Position numbers and translations under genes: made by a program. A DNA stretch of 63,458 nt, filler included, from Lenisia limosa (lineage: Eukaryota; Protista; Breviatea), in the NCBI GenBank assembly GCA_001655205.1. It is 12 parts of 12 records of this genome, joined end to end, with 100 filler letters (N's around TTAATTAATTAA, not from the genome) between each part and the next. Parts side by side here need not be neighbours in the genome. Positions count along the whole stretch, not along the records: positions 7,107 to 30,640 come from LPNZ01009183.1; 11 more parts are not named here. One strand, written 5' to 3'. Shown piece after piece: positions 13,805-26,437 of the stretch. Below the pieces are notes generated by a model. The model was not told where the DNA came from. It made no database searches and saw nothing but the letters and a program-made list of their open reading frames with translations. Each line of letters opens with the position of its first letter. Position 1 is the first letter of the stretch.

Positions 13805-14060
13805 TGGTCGCGTTCTATTGTACTTTTGTTGTTTTGTTTTACATGTATTGTTGTTTTGAGCCTTTACCTGGTTGGAACACCGCCGCCTTGGGAACAAATG
13901 GCAATCCAAACAGCTAAGAATTAGATGAGTTCTCAGTTTGGATTGCATCCACTTTGGTTATTTAACTCAAATTTAACTAGAGTTTACCAGGTTTAAGAAT
14001 ATGAATTTAACTCGGTGGGAACGAGGATGAAAAACAACCAAAGAGCTTAGCGGAGGAATT

Positions 14061-16153
14061 ATGCCCGGTGCGTACCGGGAAGTTGTAGTTCGGTGTTCTT
14101 CCCTTCTTCCCGAAATCTACGGACTGAAAAGGAAGTATAACCAGGGACCGTCCGGGCTGGTAGAGAATCGTGTTCTCTCCACTCTCTCCTCCTCTCCATA
14201 ATGTATGTTTCACCATCCATTGACTTGAGCCTACCACTGGTTTGCTCAGCAAAAGTCACAAAAGCTAAAGTTGTCAAGGTTGAATCAAGCACTTTTGCAG
14301 TGGGTCCAGGACTTCAGGACTTTTTCCCTCTGTTTTTTTTTTGTTCCCCTGTTTTTATTCCATGAGGAGTACCTTGTGACTGTTTCCATCTGTGGACGAC
14401 GAATTGAAGCATGGAGAAGATACTCAGACTTCAGAAGAGCGTATGATGAAGTATGTTCATTCAGGATAGCTTTTATTGTTTTTGTTGTTTACATCGGATG
14501 ACATGCTTCAGATTTCCCCATACAGTGCAACAATGCCCCCCTTCCCAAAGAAAGTCCTAATTAGCAACCTGGTCAGAGATGGTTTGTGATCATCATAATA
14601 ATTAATGAATTTCAAGGGGTTAATTTTTTAATTAAAAAAGGACAGGATTGGGGGGAGCTTCCAACAAGGATATTCTCTGAAAACTTGATTTTTAAAAGAA
14701 GCTTCTCCAACTTTCTTCCTTCTCGAATGCATGAGATTTATCCCTTCTTCTCCAATTCTCTTCCAATAATCAATGATTGTTACGGCAAACATGTGTCCTT
14801 GAGAATGCTATAATTCATATCCAGTTTTCAACAAAAGCAGTGTTTCCTTATCCATCAGAAGCCACAAGTTATACGACAACGCATCTCTGCCTTAAACACG
14901 TGGCTTCATTCAGTGATGATGGTGGGTACTGGTTCATGGATATATTTCAAGATATTAATTACTTCATTTTTTTTGTTTTAATAGTACAGGTTCCTCATTT
15001 ATCAAGAAACCCCTACATTCAACTCCTTGTTGGTATTTCGGTAGGTAGCTCCATCCACATATTCTGGTACCCTAAGGAATCCAGCTGCGTCTCTCACCTT
15101 CAAGACACACCCATCCTCCCTCAACACGACGGAAGAAATCATGATCAACAATTTTCATGGGCCAGCTGGTGGGTCTTCACACCTCTTTTACTGCTACAAT
15201 GAATCTCTGAAAACAATATGGAAGCTAACAAAACCATTTTTTAGGAGCTCAACTATCTATTTGAGTCTTTTTTTTTCCCAAACTTCATTCAAATATTTTT
15301 TCACACCTCCAAGACGGACCGGGAATTTTGTCAGTTTTGGGACAGGGCAGTCTTGGCTTCTCTATTCGGGTTGCTCCGTCCATTGAGGGGCTTGTTGAGG
15401 GTTCAGAAGCATCAAAACACATAGGCAAAGACTCTCACACTCTCAAGTAGGGGTATTGGGAGATTGTTGGTCTGAATGTAAGTTAATAATGTAGGGCACT
15501 TTTGACAGAAGGATCGTACTGGATGATTGAATGCTCAAGGTGATTGTTCAGTTTGACAAGATTGGCATCTTTTTCTCCTATTTCGAAACAGGAACTAATG
15601 GATTCTTTAGACTCTTTACACTGGAAAGTCTCAGATGGGTACCACTGAAGTCTCAGAGTCACAGGTGCTGCCCCTCCATCGCCACCCCGAAAGCTATTGA
15701 TGCAAAAGTTGTCTATAATTTTCTGTTTTCTTTTTTTAAGGAGGCTTATTTGGAGAAATTTGCTTATATTCTAGATCTCAGGAGGAGAAGAAGAGACTAT
15801 AGTTGAAGAAGTAACAGTTGAAGAAGAGAAGTTGCCAACTTATAATGACGTTGCAGCTTCGGAGGTACAGCCTTCTGCTCCTGCTAGCAATGTGGGTGTT
15901 AATTTCCTCCCCAAGAGTCTACAATGGTGACATGAACCGTTTAGATTTTGTGGACGGTTTTCTTTACCACAGTTTTCATTATCCAGGCATCCGCTACAGC
16001 GGAAACAGCAATGCCAGTCACACCACCTGCACCTGTTGAAACCGAAGTTAGTGCAAACAGATCAGATGCTTTATCCACATTCCCATTCATAGAGTTTTGC
16101 TGACTACACAGAAAACCAATGAGGTCCTGCCTTCAGCCCCTCCCCTCGAGTAA
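14061..16153 (+). CDS. PX (Phox homology) domain protein with Pro-rich C-terminal tail (start uncertain)
   Basis: Exons EYLVTVSICGRRIEAWRRYSDFRRAYDE and ISPYSATMPPFPKKVLISNL match the PX signature (RRYSDF...P.FP.K); last exon VLLTTQKTNEVLPSAPPLE* (TAA 16151-16153). Confidence 0.7.
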
Positions 16154-16256
16154 CTCAAGTTTTTATGGTATATTTATTAAAGCTAAAGTCCATGGACTGT
16201 GTGATATTTATTGAAAGTTGGAATGACCATAAGAAGTACCATAAGAGCAGACAGGT

Positions 16257-19200
16257 TTAGTATCCGGGAAGCTTAACACCCTCATCGTCAGATTCAGACT
16301 CGGAGTTCACAAATTCAATGCGTTTCGTCTCGTTAGTGAACTTCAAATACTACAACCTAAGACACGACACAAAAACTGACGAAGTAATATTAGTAAAACT
16401 AAAACTATGAAGGCTTAACTATGATAAAATATACCACATACCTCAAGGAACTCCTTTTCAAGGAAGTGGCTTTCCCCCGGAATGATAAGGGAATGCAAGG
16501 GCTCACCAAAGTCGATTGTCAAAAGCTCTTGCAAGGGGGCAGCAATGATAATCTGATCTGTTGGTGTAAGCAAGCATTCGGAAGGAAAATTCACATTCAA
16601 CTTTCTGTCCTTATAACTCAAAATGCACCAGAAACAGCAACCATGATATCCAATTCGACCAACCTTTTTGTCCAACACGAGAGAGACCGATACAAAGCTC
16701 ATCAAGGGGAATGGCTGGAAGATCAAAACACCTTCAAAATAGATTCACCATAAAAAACCGAATACTGTTTGGAATAAAGTGTATTTCTATTAGAGAGCCC
16801 ATTTTAGTCATTTTAATAATAAAAAACGGAACTGTGTAGCTGATACTATCTCGTTTTTAGAAATTTTACTCTATAGATTATTTTCGGGGGGGGGGGGGGG
16901 TNNNNNNNNNNNNNNNNNNNNNNNNNNNNNNNNNNNNNNNNNNNNNNNNNNNNNNNNNNTAATTTTTTACTCAAGGAGCACAACCAAGGAATAAGACTCA
17001 AGCGACACAAAGACTTTCTCCACATGAAAAAGAAGTAACAACCCGAACAACGTTTCCCGCTGCTTAAAGCCTTCCGTAAGCTGTTGATGAACACAAAAAG
17101 AAGCCGTTTTTAATTTTTTAAATAACTAAAATAGGCTCTTAAATAGAAACAAAAACTGTTTTCCAAACATATTCGGTTGACTGAATATGATCATGATTTA
17201 GCTTCTGAATACCCACCTCCGCGGCCGTACTTCTCCTCAACTGCGATGAGCTGCTCAGCTGCCTGGTTGACAGTCATGTAGCGCGGTGGTTCGTAGACAA
17301 GACGGCCCCTGTGTTGTCAGTGTATAATGATTGTCAATATTCCGATTGAATCCACCAGTAATACTTTTTGCAAAAACAGATATTATTTGCATCAGAGATA
17401 AAAAGTTGTGATCTGACCAAAACTCTGTTATTTTTGATAATAAAACCTGCTTAAGAATTCAACTTTGAGTTCCAAACAAACCGAGCCATGTTCTCCAGAG
17501 ACTGCTCTTTCACCTTAATATCTAAACCATAAGGAACATGTGTAAAAATGAGAAAATATGCTTCATTTTCATATCACTATTTGATTCATTTTCACATTTT
17601 CTACGCAATGATCCACTCGCGCGATAATAAGTATTAATACTCGGATACACTTGCGGTGAACCCTCATAATACGCATATATATATTATCATCTAGTATATA
17701 TGATATGTCACTTCATCACTTCGACTCGAAAGTCGGCCATATGATCACATCACTTCCTGGGTTATTTTAACACGTGTGTACTATCATTTTGCACGCAGTG
17801 ATATGATACTTCCTCTCGTTTGATAACTACACGACAAGTCACAGTGATACTCTGATACATTCGGGATGAAATTCATATCACTTGCAGATAGATTATGAGT
17901 CCGCATATTATTCAAAAAAAAAGGTAAGGTCTTCTGCCCTTATTTATTGAAGAAGATATGAAAAAGGATGCGGGTGAGAGACAATTCAAGAGATATATTC
18001 AGCAATTNNNNNNNNNNNNNNNNNNNNNNNNNNNNNNNNNNNNNNNNNNNNNNNNNNNNNNNNNNNNNNNNNNNNNNNNNNNNNNNNNNNNNNNNNNNNN
18101 NNNNNNNNNNNNNNNNNNNNNNNNNNNNTTTTCTAAAAAAAAAAACTCAACCAACCAAGAAGACAAAGAGTGTGCATGCCGCCATTACGATTCTTCTCAA
18201 TCTTTTCGTACCTGTATTATTTAGCTATATTCCCTATTAACCGCTGGATCTCTATGATCCTAGCTTCAATAGAGACTTTACTGCAAAAAAACCCCATTAT
18301 CAATTATATTGTAGCAAAGGATCTTAATCATTTTCTATTGAGCATCATACAAATTGCTTCAGCCTCCTATCTTACGAATTCTTATGGATACTTTGATCGA
18401 TCAGCCAACACTCATATTAAACCTTGCTTACCACGAGTCAGGAGTCCATGAATCAGTCCAGAAACACAGGGAAATGGTGATACCAAAGTTGTAGAGCTGG
18501 AGGCTGAGGGGTGAGGGGGTTCTGCTTTGGAATTTGTGAAGAACTGTTTCGGATAATTCGCTGATTTCACGCTACAATCCAACATACCCACAAGCACCAG
18601 CAGCATTCATAATGGAGGCATTGTGGATCACCTATAAAATTAAATTAGCAGGGCTCTAGCCACTCAATAATTAGCTTTATTTCAAAATAATGTTGTAGAT
18701 TATTAATATGACACAAAAGATTGCAACTTATGACGCAATTATTTTCAATTATTGGCAATTAATTTCAAGGTGCTCCTAAAAACTAGTATAAAAAAGATTG
18801 AGGCTGAAACAACTAACCAACATACCAAGGGTTTTCACTTCAGTTCGAAAAATAACGGTAAAATGTCGATAATTATCGAGGATTTATCGAGAAATTTAGT
18901 CTTTTTTCCAACCGAAGTGAAGGCCTAAACATACCTCGATGGGAATGTTTTTCTCCTTGCACCTTAGAACAAAGTCTGTGTGGGTGGTAGCCCTAAATAG
19001 TGGTAAAGCGGCAAACAATCATGTTGCAAAACTATTATAAACCACCATACCCAAAAGGATCACCGACAACAAGAAGAGCGACGTTGCCGTTGACAGCACC
19101 TTCAATGATGTCTTCGCTTCCGCTTTCAACCAGCTCACGATCAGCAATGGTGATTTTCTTTCCATAGAATGCTTCCTATGTTCTTAGTCAATCGGGTTAT

Positions 19201-19384
19201 AACCAACCAGCTTCTCAGTATCTACACCAAGAATAGATGTGTAAGCCTCTAGGAAGATTTTATCACATGACTTCACGGCTTCTAATCCCTAAGATGTAAG
19301 CAGGTCAACAACCGGGAGGCGATGACTTACACGGACTGTAATGTCCTTTTCGTCTCCAAGTCCAAGACCAACTAAGTACAACAT
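16257..19384 (-). CDS. DPH5: Diphthine methyl ester synthase
   Basis: [100 protein letters not shown]; stop at 16257-16259. Confidence 0.95.
16756..17178. mobile_element. Foldback-type element with ~70-bp imperfect terminal inverted repeats in a DPH5 intron
   Basis: AACCGAATACTGTTTGGAA...AAAAACGG at the left mirrors CCGTTTTT...TTCCAAACATATTCGGTT at the right; an N gap lies inside. Confidence 0.7.
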
Positions 19385-19530
19385 TATTATATATTTACGA
19401 TTAGAGAAAAAGAGACGGGTGAGACGGGACCAAATTGATATAACATATTCTACTACCCCATGCACTCAAACTCAATATCCACTCCACAATCAATTTGAAA
19501 ATAAGCGCAAAATCACCACAAAATCACAAA

Positions 19531-21510
19531 ATGCTTGCCTCTCGTATCGTAGCATCTGTAATCCCACGAGTTGTTGCCCAAGCGTAGGCTACCAAACCAT
19601 AATCTTTTCATTGTGGTTTAATCATAATATTTTAACCAATCCAGGTCTGCGAGTGCTTTAAGGTGCGAAGCGGGTAGTTTATTTTTGATTCGTTATCATT
19701 TCCTTTTGAGAAGTATTCCATTCTTCTGCTCTAACATGCTTTATCAGGGCCTTTTCCACCTTCAAGAATAAGGAAGGGACTAAGGTGCCTGATGTCACCT
19801 TCCCTGTCATCACCAGCAATGGTTTTGATGGAATCACAACGGATGATATTTTTAAGGTGAATGTTTTTGATGAGTCTAATTTCAACTTGTTTTTTCCCCG
19901 AATTTTTGTCTTTCTCTCACCCAGTTAATTTTATAGGGCAAACGCGTTGTTCTCTTCTCTCTCCCTGGAGCTTTCACTCCCACCTGTTCATCCACCCACC
20001 TTCCTCGTTACAATGAGCTTGCTGAAACAATCAAGGTCAGTGTTGAAGGGTACTGGATATTTATTACATGACAAAATTAAATTGTTCCCACCCTTTTTGC
20101 ATGTTAAAACTCTTGGTTACACTCCAGGCTCAAGGTGTTGATGACATTGTGTGCATGTCTGTCAATGATACTTTTGGTGGGAAGGGACATAAGTCAAGAC
20201 TTATAGGTGAAAAGGACTACTACATTAATACATATAATTCCTACATACACCTCACTGCTGTAGTGATGAAGGAATGGGGACATCTACAAGAGGCTGATAA
20301 TGTCAAGTACGAAGGATGGTCATTCTTAAAACCGGACACAGCCCTTTTATTATGTGTTACCAGTGTTATATTAATTACGATTTAGGCTCATTCCTGATGG
20401 TAATTGTGAGTTCACCGAGAAGATTGGGATGGCCACCGACAAGTCCGCCATTGGTTTCGGCAAGCGCTCATGGAGATACTCAATGGTCGTGAATGACAAG
20501 GTGGGAGTTTGGTTCTCTCTGGACACTGTTTATTGTCTGGCAATGTCTCCTCCGGGATAAGTTGTGACCGCAATGTCAATTCCCAAGGAAAATAGGTCAA
20601 GACTTATCCCGGTCACGTGTATATCATATTAAAGTGAAGTAGTATATTATATATCGATAAAGATTTTTGATTGAAAAGTAATTGCGGTTTTATTGGTTAT
20701 TAATTGAAATAATTAGATAGTAAAATGACAATACTTGTAATTATGTTAAATCTGAATACCTAGTGTATTTTTATTCTAAATCTTACATCATAATATAGCT
20801 AATACATGCATATAAATAAATCAGCAATAGAAATTTTGGCAATTAATCCCACGCCATGTTTTTGAGGAGACATTGCGGGCAAGATAGTGTTTTGTCACAT
20901 TTCTCATGGACAAGGTTGTGGAGAAGATGTTCATTGAGCCCGAAGTTGCTGGAGATCCGTTCGAAGTTTCCGACGCTGATACCATGCTCAAGTACCTCAA
21001 CCCCAACGCTCAGCCTCCTAAGTTCTTCACAGTCTTCTCGTGAGCGACCATATCACAGCATAATCATTAGTTTACAGTTGCCATTAGGGCTTCACTTGGG
21101 TTCAAAAAATGCTTGTTAAATATCGGTTTTCGAGGATTTATCGAGAAAATCAGTCTTTTTCGAACCGAAGTGAAGTTCTAATTGTCATGGATGTGTTAAC
21201 CTCGCAGACGTCCCGGATGCCCTCATTGTGCCAATGCCAAGTCACTTCTCGAGTCCAAGTAGGAGGAGGATGATATTGTAGCCCCTTTGCTTCATCTCTC
21301 AAATCGAAGGGGCTGCAAGTACGAGGAGATTGTTCTTGGAAAGGACATTACATCAAAGTCTCTCACTGCGGTCTCCGGTGCCTCTACAACTCCCCAGGTA
21401 TGGTTATTTTGAAAAGGATTTACCACTGTCTAATTATTTAGGTGTTCTTCGGAGGCAAACTCGTTGGTGATTCTAAAGACCTTGCTACTTTTGCTGAGAA
21501 GGAGCTCTAA
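19531..21510 (+). CDS. Hybrid peroxiredoxin (Prx5-type)-glutaredoxin fusion with N-terminal mitochondrial-like presequence; 11 exons, 272 aa
   Basis: Exons 19531-19583, 19645-19662, 19748-19856, 19937-20035, 20128-20176, 20264-20306, 20386-20500, 20915-21039, 21208-21258, 21310-21397, 21442-21510 join in frame (819 nt). Motifs [73 protein letters not shown]. Confidence 0.95.
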
Positions 21511-22201
21511 ATCCCAACCAACTGTCCGAAATCTATGTTTCACGTTTTCTATAAATTAAATATTAAAATATCTGATAACCTTGAAAGCTTGAAAACTTTC
21601 TCTTGACTTTCTCCAATTGCTTCTGATTATTCCACAGATCTGGTATGGCTTATCCTATGTTTATTATCTGATTTCATATATATTACTCAATCTTCCCACC
21701 ACTTCAGCACAGCAATACAACAGCAATAGCACAGACTGACTAAACTTGGAGACTCAATGTCGTTCCCAAGTTCGAAACTCCCAAACTCTGGTTTCCACTT
21801 GAATAACTGAATATTGTCTCGGAGGCCTAGCACCTGCGGGCGTGAGGGGGTCAAGCCACTGTCAAGCCACGGTCAAGCTCCCAGTAAAACACACTACCAG
21901 AAACATGGTGTTTCCATGGTGTTCAATTCGGCAAAGGCTCGGCAAAGGAATGTGTGATGGCGTTTGCGAGCCTGTCCAGATTCAAACCTGGACCAGTATC
22001 CCCCATTCTATACAACCGCCCGCCCTCCTTCTCCAAGATCTTTCAAAAATTATCAGGTTTCAATTTCAGGGGTTAGCTAGGTCTGTTGTGTTTCATTCTT
22101 CTTTCCATATTTCTTTGAAGAGGAACGTTGAGTTTATACTGAAGTTTCACAGTTTCACCCTACTGATATTCACTACACCTCCATATAGGCACGAAATTCC
22201 A

Positions 22202-24178
22202 ATGATGCTTGCGTTACTACTTTCTGTGTTCTGTATTCTTGCCATTGGAGCGACAAATGTAAGTTTTCTTCTCTGCCACTCAGAACATTTCTCACAACCT
22301 AGGTGCCTTCTGTTGCAAAGAGCCATGAAATCCCAAAATTCAATTGTACTATCCACACTAACGTTCCTCCCGCCACTACTGCCTGGAAATTACACCCAAG
22401 TGTGAGTCACTCACAACATTGTTCTCATAGTTTCAGAATGTAAAGGTTGTCGCCGCTATTGGTGACTCAATTTCTGCTGGATTAGGTGCTGTTGGCATTA
22501 CTCCGCTGGAGTATCGTCAATATTCGTTCCCTATTGGTGGTGCCAAGGACGAGGCGACTATTGCTAATTACATCCACAATTATGGGTCTGGGGGACTATT
22601 GGGATACTTTTTTAAGAAGGATTTTGTGATTCGCTTCTCAAACCCCTTCATCACCAACCTTTTTTGCCCTTCTCATCCTACAGTGGAGCTGTTGGTTCAG
22701 GGAAAGGAAAGACAATCACTTTCACCAGAGGAAAATGGGTAAGCTCTGGTCCTTGTGCCATTAACCACATTCCTGCATTTCATTTCCTCAGTAATTTTTT
22801 AGCTTGACGCTGGCATTTCAGGCGGCATTGTTTCTGATATCTTCGAAGAAGTTGAGTATGTTTGGATTTGACTGACAATTGAAAGGAATTTTTTTTTGTG
22901 AACAGCGTATCGGAAGAATACAATACAATCTACATAATTCCTTTCTAAAACCCTAACCACCCAGCTATCTTCTTGACACCATGGACAAGGAGTACGACAT
23001 CGATATCCAAAACGACTGGAAGTACATCAATATGGTGGGGTGTGTACATCAAGGTTAAGCTTTGTTTGTCACATTTTGCTTCAACCTGGGAGTTGCTGAC
23101 ACAGCAGCTAATGGGAGCAAACGACCTTTGCCATGTTTGCGACGGTGTTCGTCCCAGCAACCGCACTATTAAGGAGCAGATCGATTTTGTCATGGAAATC
23201 TACTACAAAGCAATTGAGTACACAAAAAAGATTCCTCGCGGTAAGTGGGATGTACACTCTAGGATGTTTGTACATTTTACCTCAAAAACCTTTTTTTTTT
23301 TTTTTTTTTTTTTTAANNNNNNNNNNNNNNNNNNNNNNNNNNNNNNNNNNNNNNNNNNNNNNNNNNNNNNNNNNNNNNNNACACATATTACATGAAAATA
23401 TTTTTATTTATATATTACATATATATATATACACTATCAAAAAATATTTTTTTTTTATCATTATGATTTAATATACCGTATGTCATCTGTTTATGCTATT
23501 CATGTAGAGTTAGTTGTGGATGTTATTGTTTTTTTGTTTTTTTTCAAATCCGTGTCGCTTTGATCCTGCAGCATTCGTCAACGTTATGGCAGCAAACGAC
23601 ATTGCCTCGGTGGCGAAGGCGGCGCAGGCCTCGTTCTTCTGTCGTGACATTGTCCTCCCCTACTACAAGGGCGAATGCCCATGTTTCCACAAGGGCCCCG
23701 AGGCTATTGCCCAGATCAATGAAGGATTCCTCCTCTTCAACGCTGCCGTTGAGAAGGTGAGGTGCCTGACAATATTTGCTTTCTGTGAAGCGTCTCTCAC
23801 TCTTACGTATATAGATGGTTGCTGACTTGAGTGATCGATCAAATCCCAACTTTGCTCTTGCCTTTAACCCCCTTCTTGCTGGTGTTGATATGTCTTTCTA
23901 TGGTGAAGACTACCTTTCAAAGTGGGGAAAAAAATTGCTGCTTTTATAATTGTTTTTACGATTCAAGCTTTGACTGCTTCCATCCTTCTCGTCTGGCTCA
24001 CAACACGTTAACAACTGTTCTTTGGAAGAACAGTGAGCTTGGTTGAAAGATAATAGTCCTATCAGATTTTTTGTCTATAATCCCCGCAGTGTTCGTCCCT
24101 CTCTCGCAGAAAGACCGCAGTTACAACTCCTTTGAATTCCCTGCTTTCTGCCCGGGTCCAAACGATTTCCTGCAGTAA
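22202..24178 (+). CDS. Secreted GDSL/SGNH lipase, phospholipase B1-like (single domain)
   Basis: Signal peptide MMLALLLSVFCILAIGA; NVKVVAAIGDSISAG (block I), NDWKYINM..GANDLC (block III), SSFDCFHPS (DxxH); last exon ...FCPGPNDFLQ* (TAA 24176-24178). Confidence 0.85.
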
Positions 24179-24564
24179 GACTTTTCTTTTTAATGGTTAT
24201 GTAACTTGGACACAACTTGGAGGTCTTTTATTCTTCTATTGTGGGGCTAGATCCTTGTGTTAGAATGTAATTGATAAGAGAGTTGAGAGAAGATTCTCAC
24301 ATAAAATCGCATAGAACTGGCTTTGAAGAAATGACTGAATTACTAAATATGATATATGATCGATAATTTTCGATGAGTGAATCGATCTTTTTGTAACGGA
24401 GTGTGAAGTCCTACATAAAAATATGAACAAAAAGAAAAGACCGGCTTAATGTTGACAGGTTTTCACTGGGAGGGGGGGGGGGGTTCTGGNNNNNNNNNNN
24501 NNNNNNNNNNNNNNNNNNNNNNNNNNNNNNNNNNNNNNNNNNNNNNNNNNNNNNNNNNNNNNNT

Positions 24565-25864
24565 TTAATGAACCTCAGAGTATCCGCCGGATCCACGTTT
24601 GAAGGTCTTGGAGGCGAAGAAGCTGCAGCCCTCCTAAAAGCGTTGGAACCAATATTGCTAAGCTAGATTACAAGAAGCCCGAATTACAAGCCAATCCGCC
24701 ACAGAAAGAAGCTAAAAAATATCCACACCTTGACGAGAGAGGGGATACCAGCCCAAAACTCCTTGTTGGGGAAGGCAGCAGGACCAGTAACACCCTTTCT
24801 GTAGTTGAGTCCAATACCAACACCAGCATAAATCACGAAGCCAACACCAGACCTTGAGAGTCAGTGCTTAAACTTAAATCGTCTACAGTATGCGAGGAAT
24901 GATAACACCACCAAACAGGATAAGGGCAAGAGTTCCGAAAGAAAGACCACCCTTCTTCTCCTTCTTGCTGGAGTCATCATCAGAAGAAGAGTCATCAGAG
25001 CCTTCGCAGGCATTGGCAGTGGTGAAAGTCATTTTGTAGTTGCCATTGGGGTTCTTGGACTCGGAGATGAACTCAAGCTTGGCTACAATGTTATTCTCTT
25101 ACCTACAGAAACACACTCACTCACCAGTATCAGCAGTCATGGTAGCATCGCAGACAACAGTGAGCTCAGTCTGACGAGCGTTTCCAGAGCCGGTGGGGGT
25201 TCCGTTCTTGTAAGTAATCTGAAAAGATGACATTTTAAGGTGAGGTGCGGAATGCCAAGTTGGGTTGTTCGCGGAACATCTCTGATAAACATCTCTGAAA
25301 AAAAAAGGGGGGGGGGGCTTAAATTAGCTTCATTGGTATAAAAATGGCTAATTGGTGCCAATTCCCACCTACCACAAACTTGCCTTCACCTGCATCAGTC
25401 CAAGAAGCACCGTCAAACTGTCCACAGGACTTGTAAGTGCTAGTAGCGGTCTTTTGGCAGATCTAAATCGTAAATATGCCATCAAAGACGTTTACAACGC
25501 ATTCGAAAACACAATTCCCACAAAACCTAAATCTCAAAGTACTATCGCCCAACTTACAGCAGTCTTGCCGTCACACTTAGCAAGAAGGTTTGGAGCTGCG
25601 CGAAATGAGACAAACGATAAAAACAAAAAACAAAAACTCACCAGAGCAAACGTTGAAAGAATAATGGTTGCTGTCACCATCAGTAACATCAAAATAACTG
25701 GAGAAGGTCAGAGTTATGGCTTAAATGACAAACCCGTCAGCAGTACCACCCTTTCCGGCTAAGTTCGAAAGATCAGCGCCATTAGGGAGCTTGCAGAGGT
25801 CAGGGAAGTCATCTGCGAAAGAAAGAGCAGCTATAACAAGCACAAAGAACAGTTTCAACATCAT
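24565..25864 (-). CDS. Mannose-6-phosphate-receptor-homology (M6PR/ATG27-like) type I membrane protein
   Basis: Signal peptide MMLKLFFVLVIAALSFA; HYSFNVC, ARQTELTVVCD, YKMTFTTANAC; TM segment then FPNKEFWAGIPSLVK-GC and a tail ending GGYSEVH* with a YxxPhi-like sorting motif. Confidence 0.75.
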
Positions 25865-26437
25865 TACAATAATGGCTCCGAAATATACAATTCACTGCAC
25901 TCAATTAATAATCAAGAACACAAGAAGTCAACAAGAAGTACTCAAGAAACTCAAAGAAAATAGAAAATTTTCTTCCCCAAAAAAACATGAGATCCAGGGA
26001 TCCGGTAAGGATCTGGGAATCTGGGATGAGTCTTTTCGTCCAATTTCGTTTCACCTATTCTTTTTCACTCTTTCTTCTCTTCTTCTTCACAAAATAATAA
26101 TTGATGAATCAAAGGAAGAAAATTCGATTCAAAATTTAATAAGCCAGCCTAGGCACATAGACCGTGTTGCCTGCCCCCTGTGCTCCTGACCCGTGGTTGG
26201 TCCCGTGCATGAGCACGTGAGCACCCCCTTACAACTTAACCCGATAATAGTGCGATAATATATTAACAATATTGTTTTTTTTTTTTATTATTTTTTTTTT
26301 TTGATATTCTGCCTGCTCTGGTTCTCTGCTTATGTGCTGATTATTGATTGAAGAAATTCAGCCAGAGAACCATAGGTTCATCGTAATTCCCCCCTCCCCT
26401 AGGCTTGTGGATTCCTCAATCTACCTTCAACAGTACA

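Noticed and set aside
26205-26225. CACGTG E-box/CLEAR-like element upstream of the M6PR-like gene
   Set aside because: A single hexamer is expected by chance; no supporting evidence.
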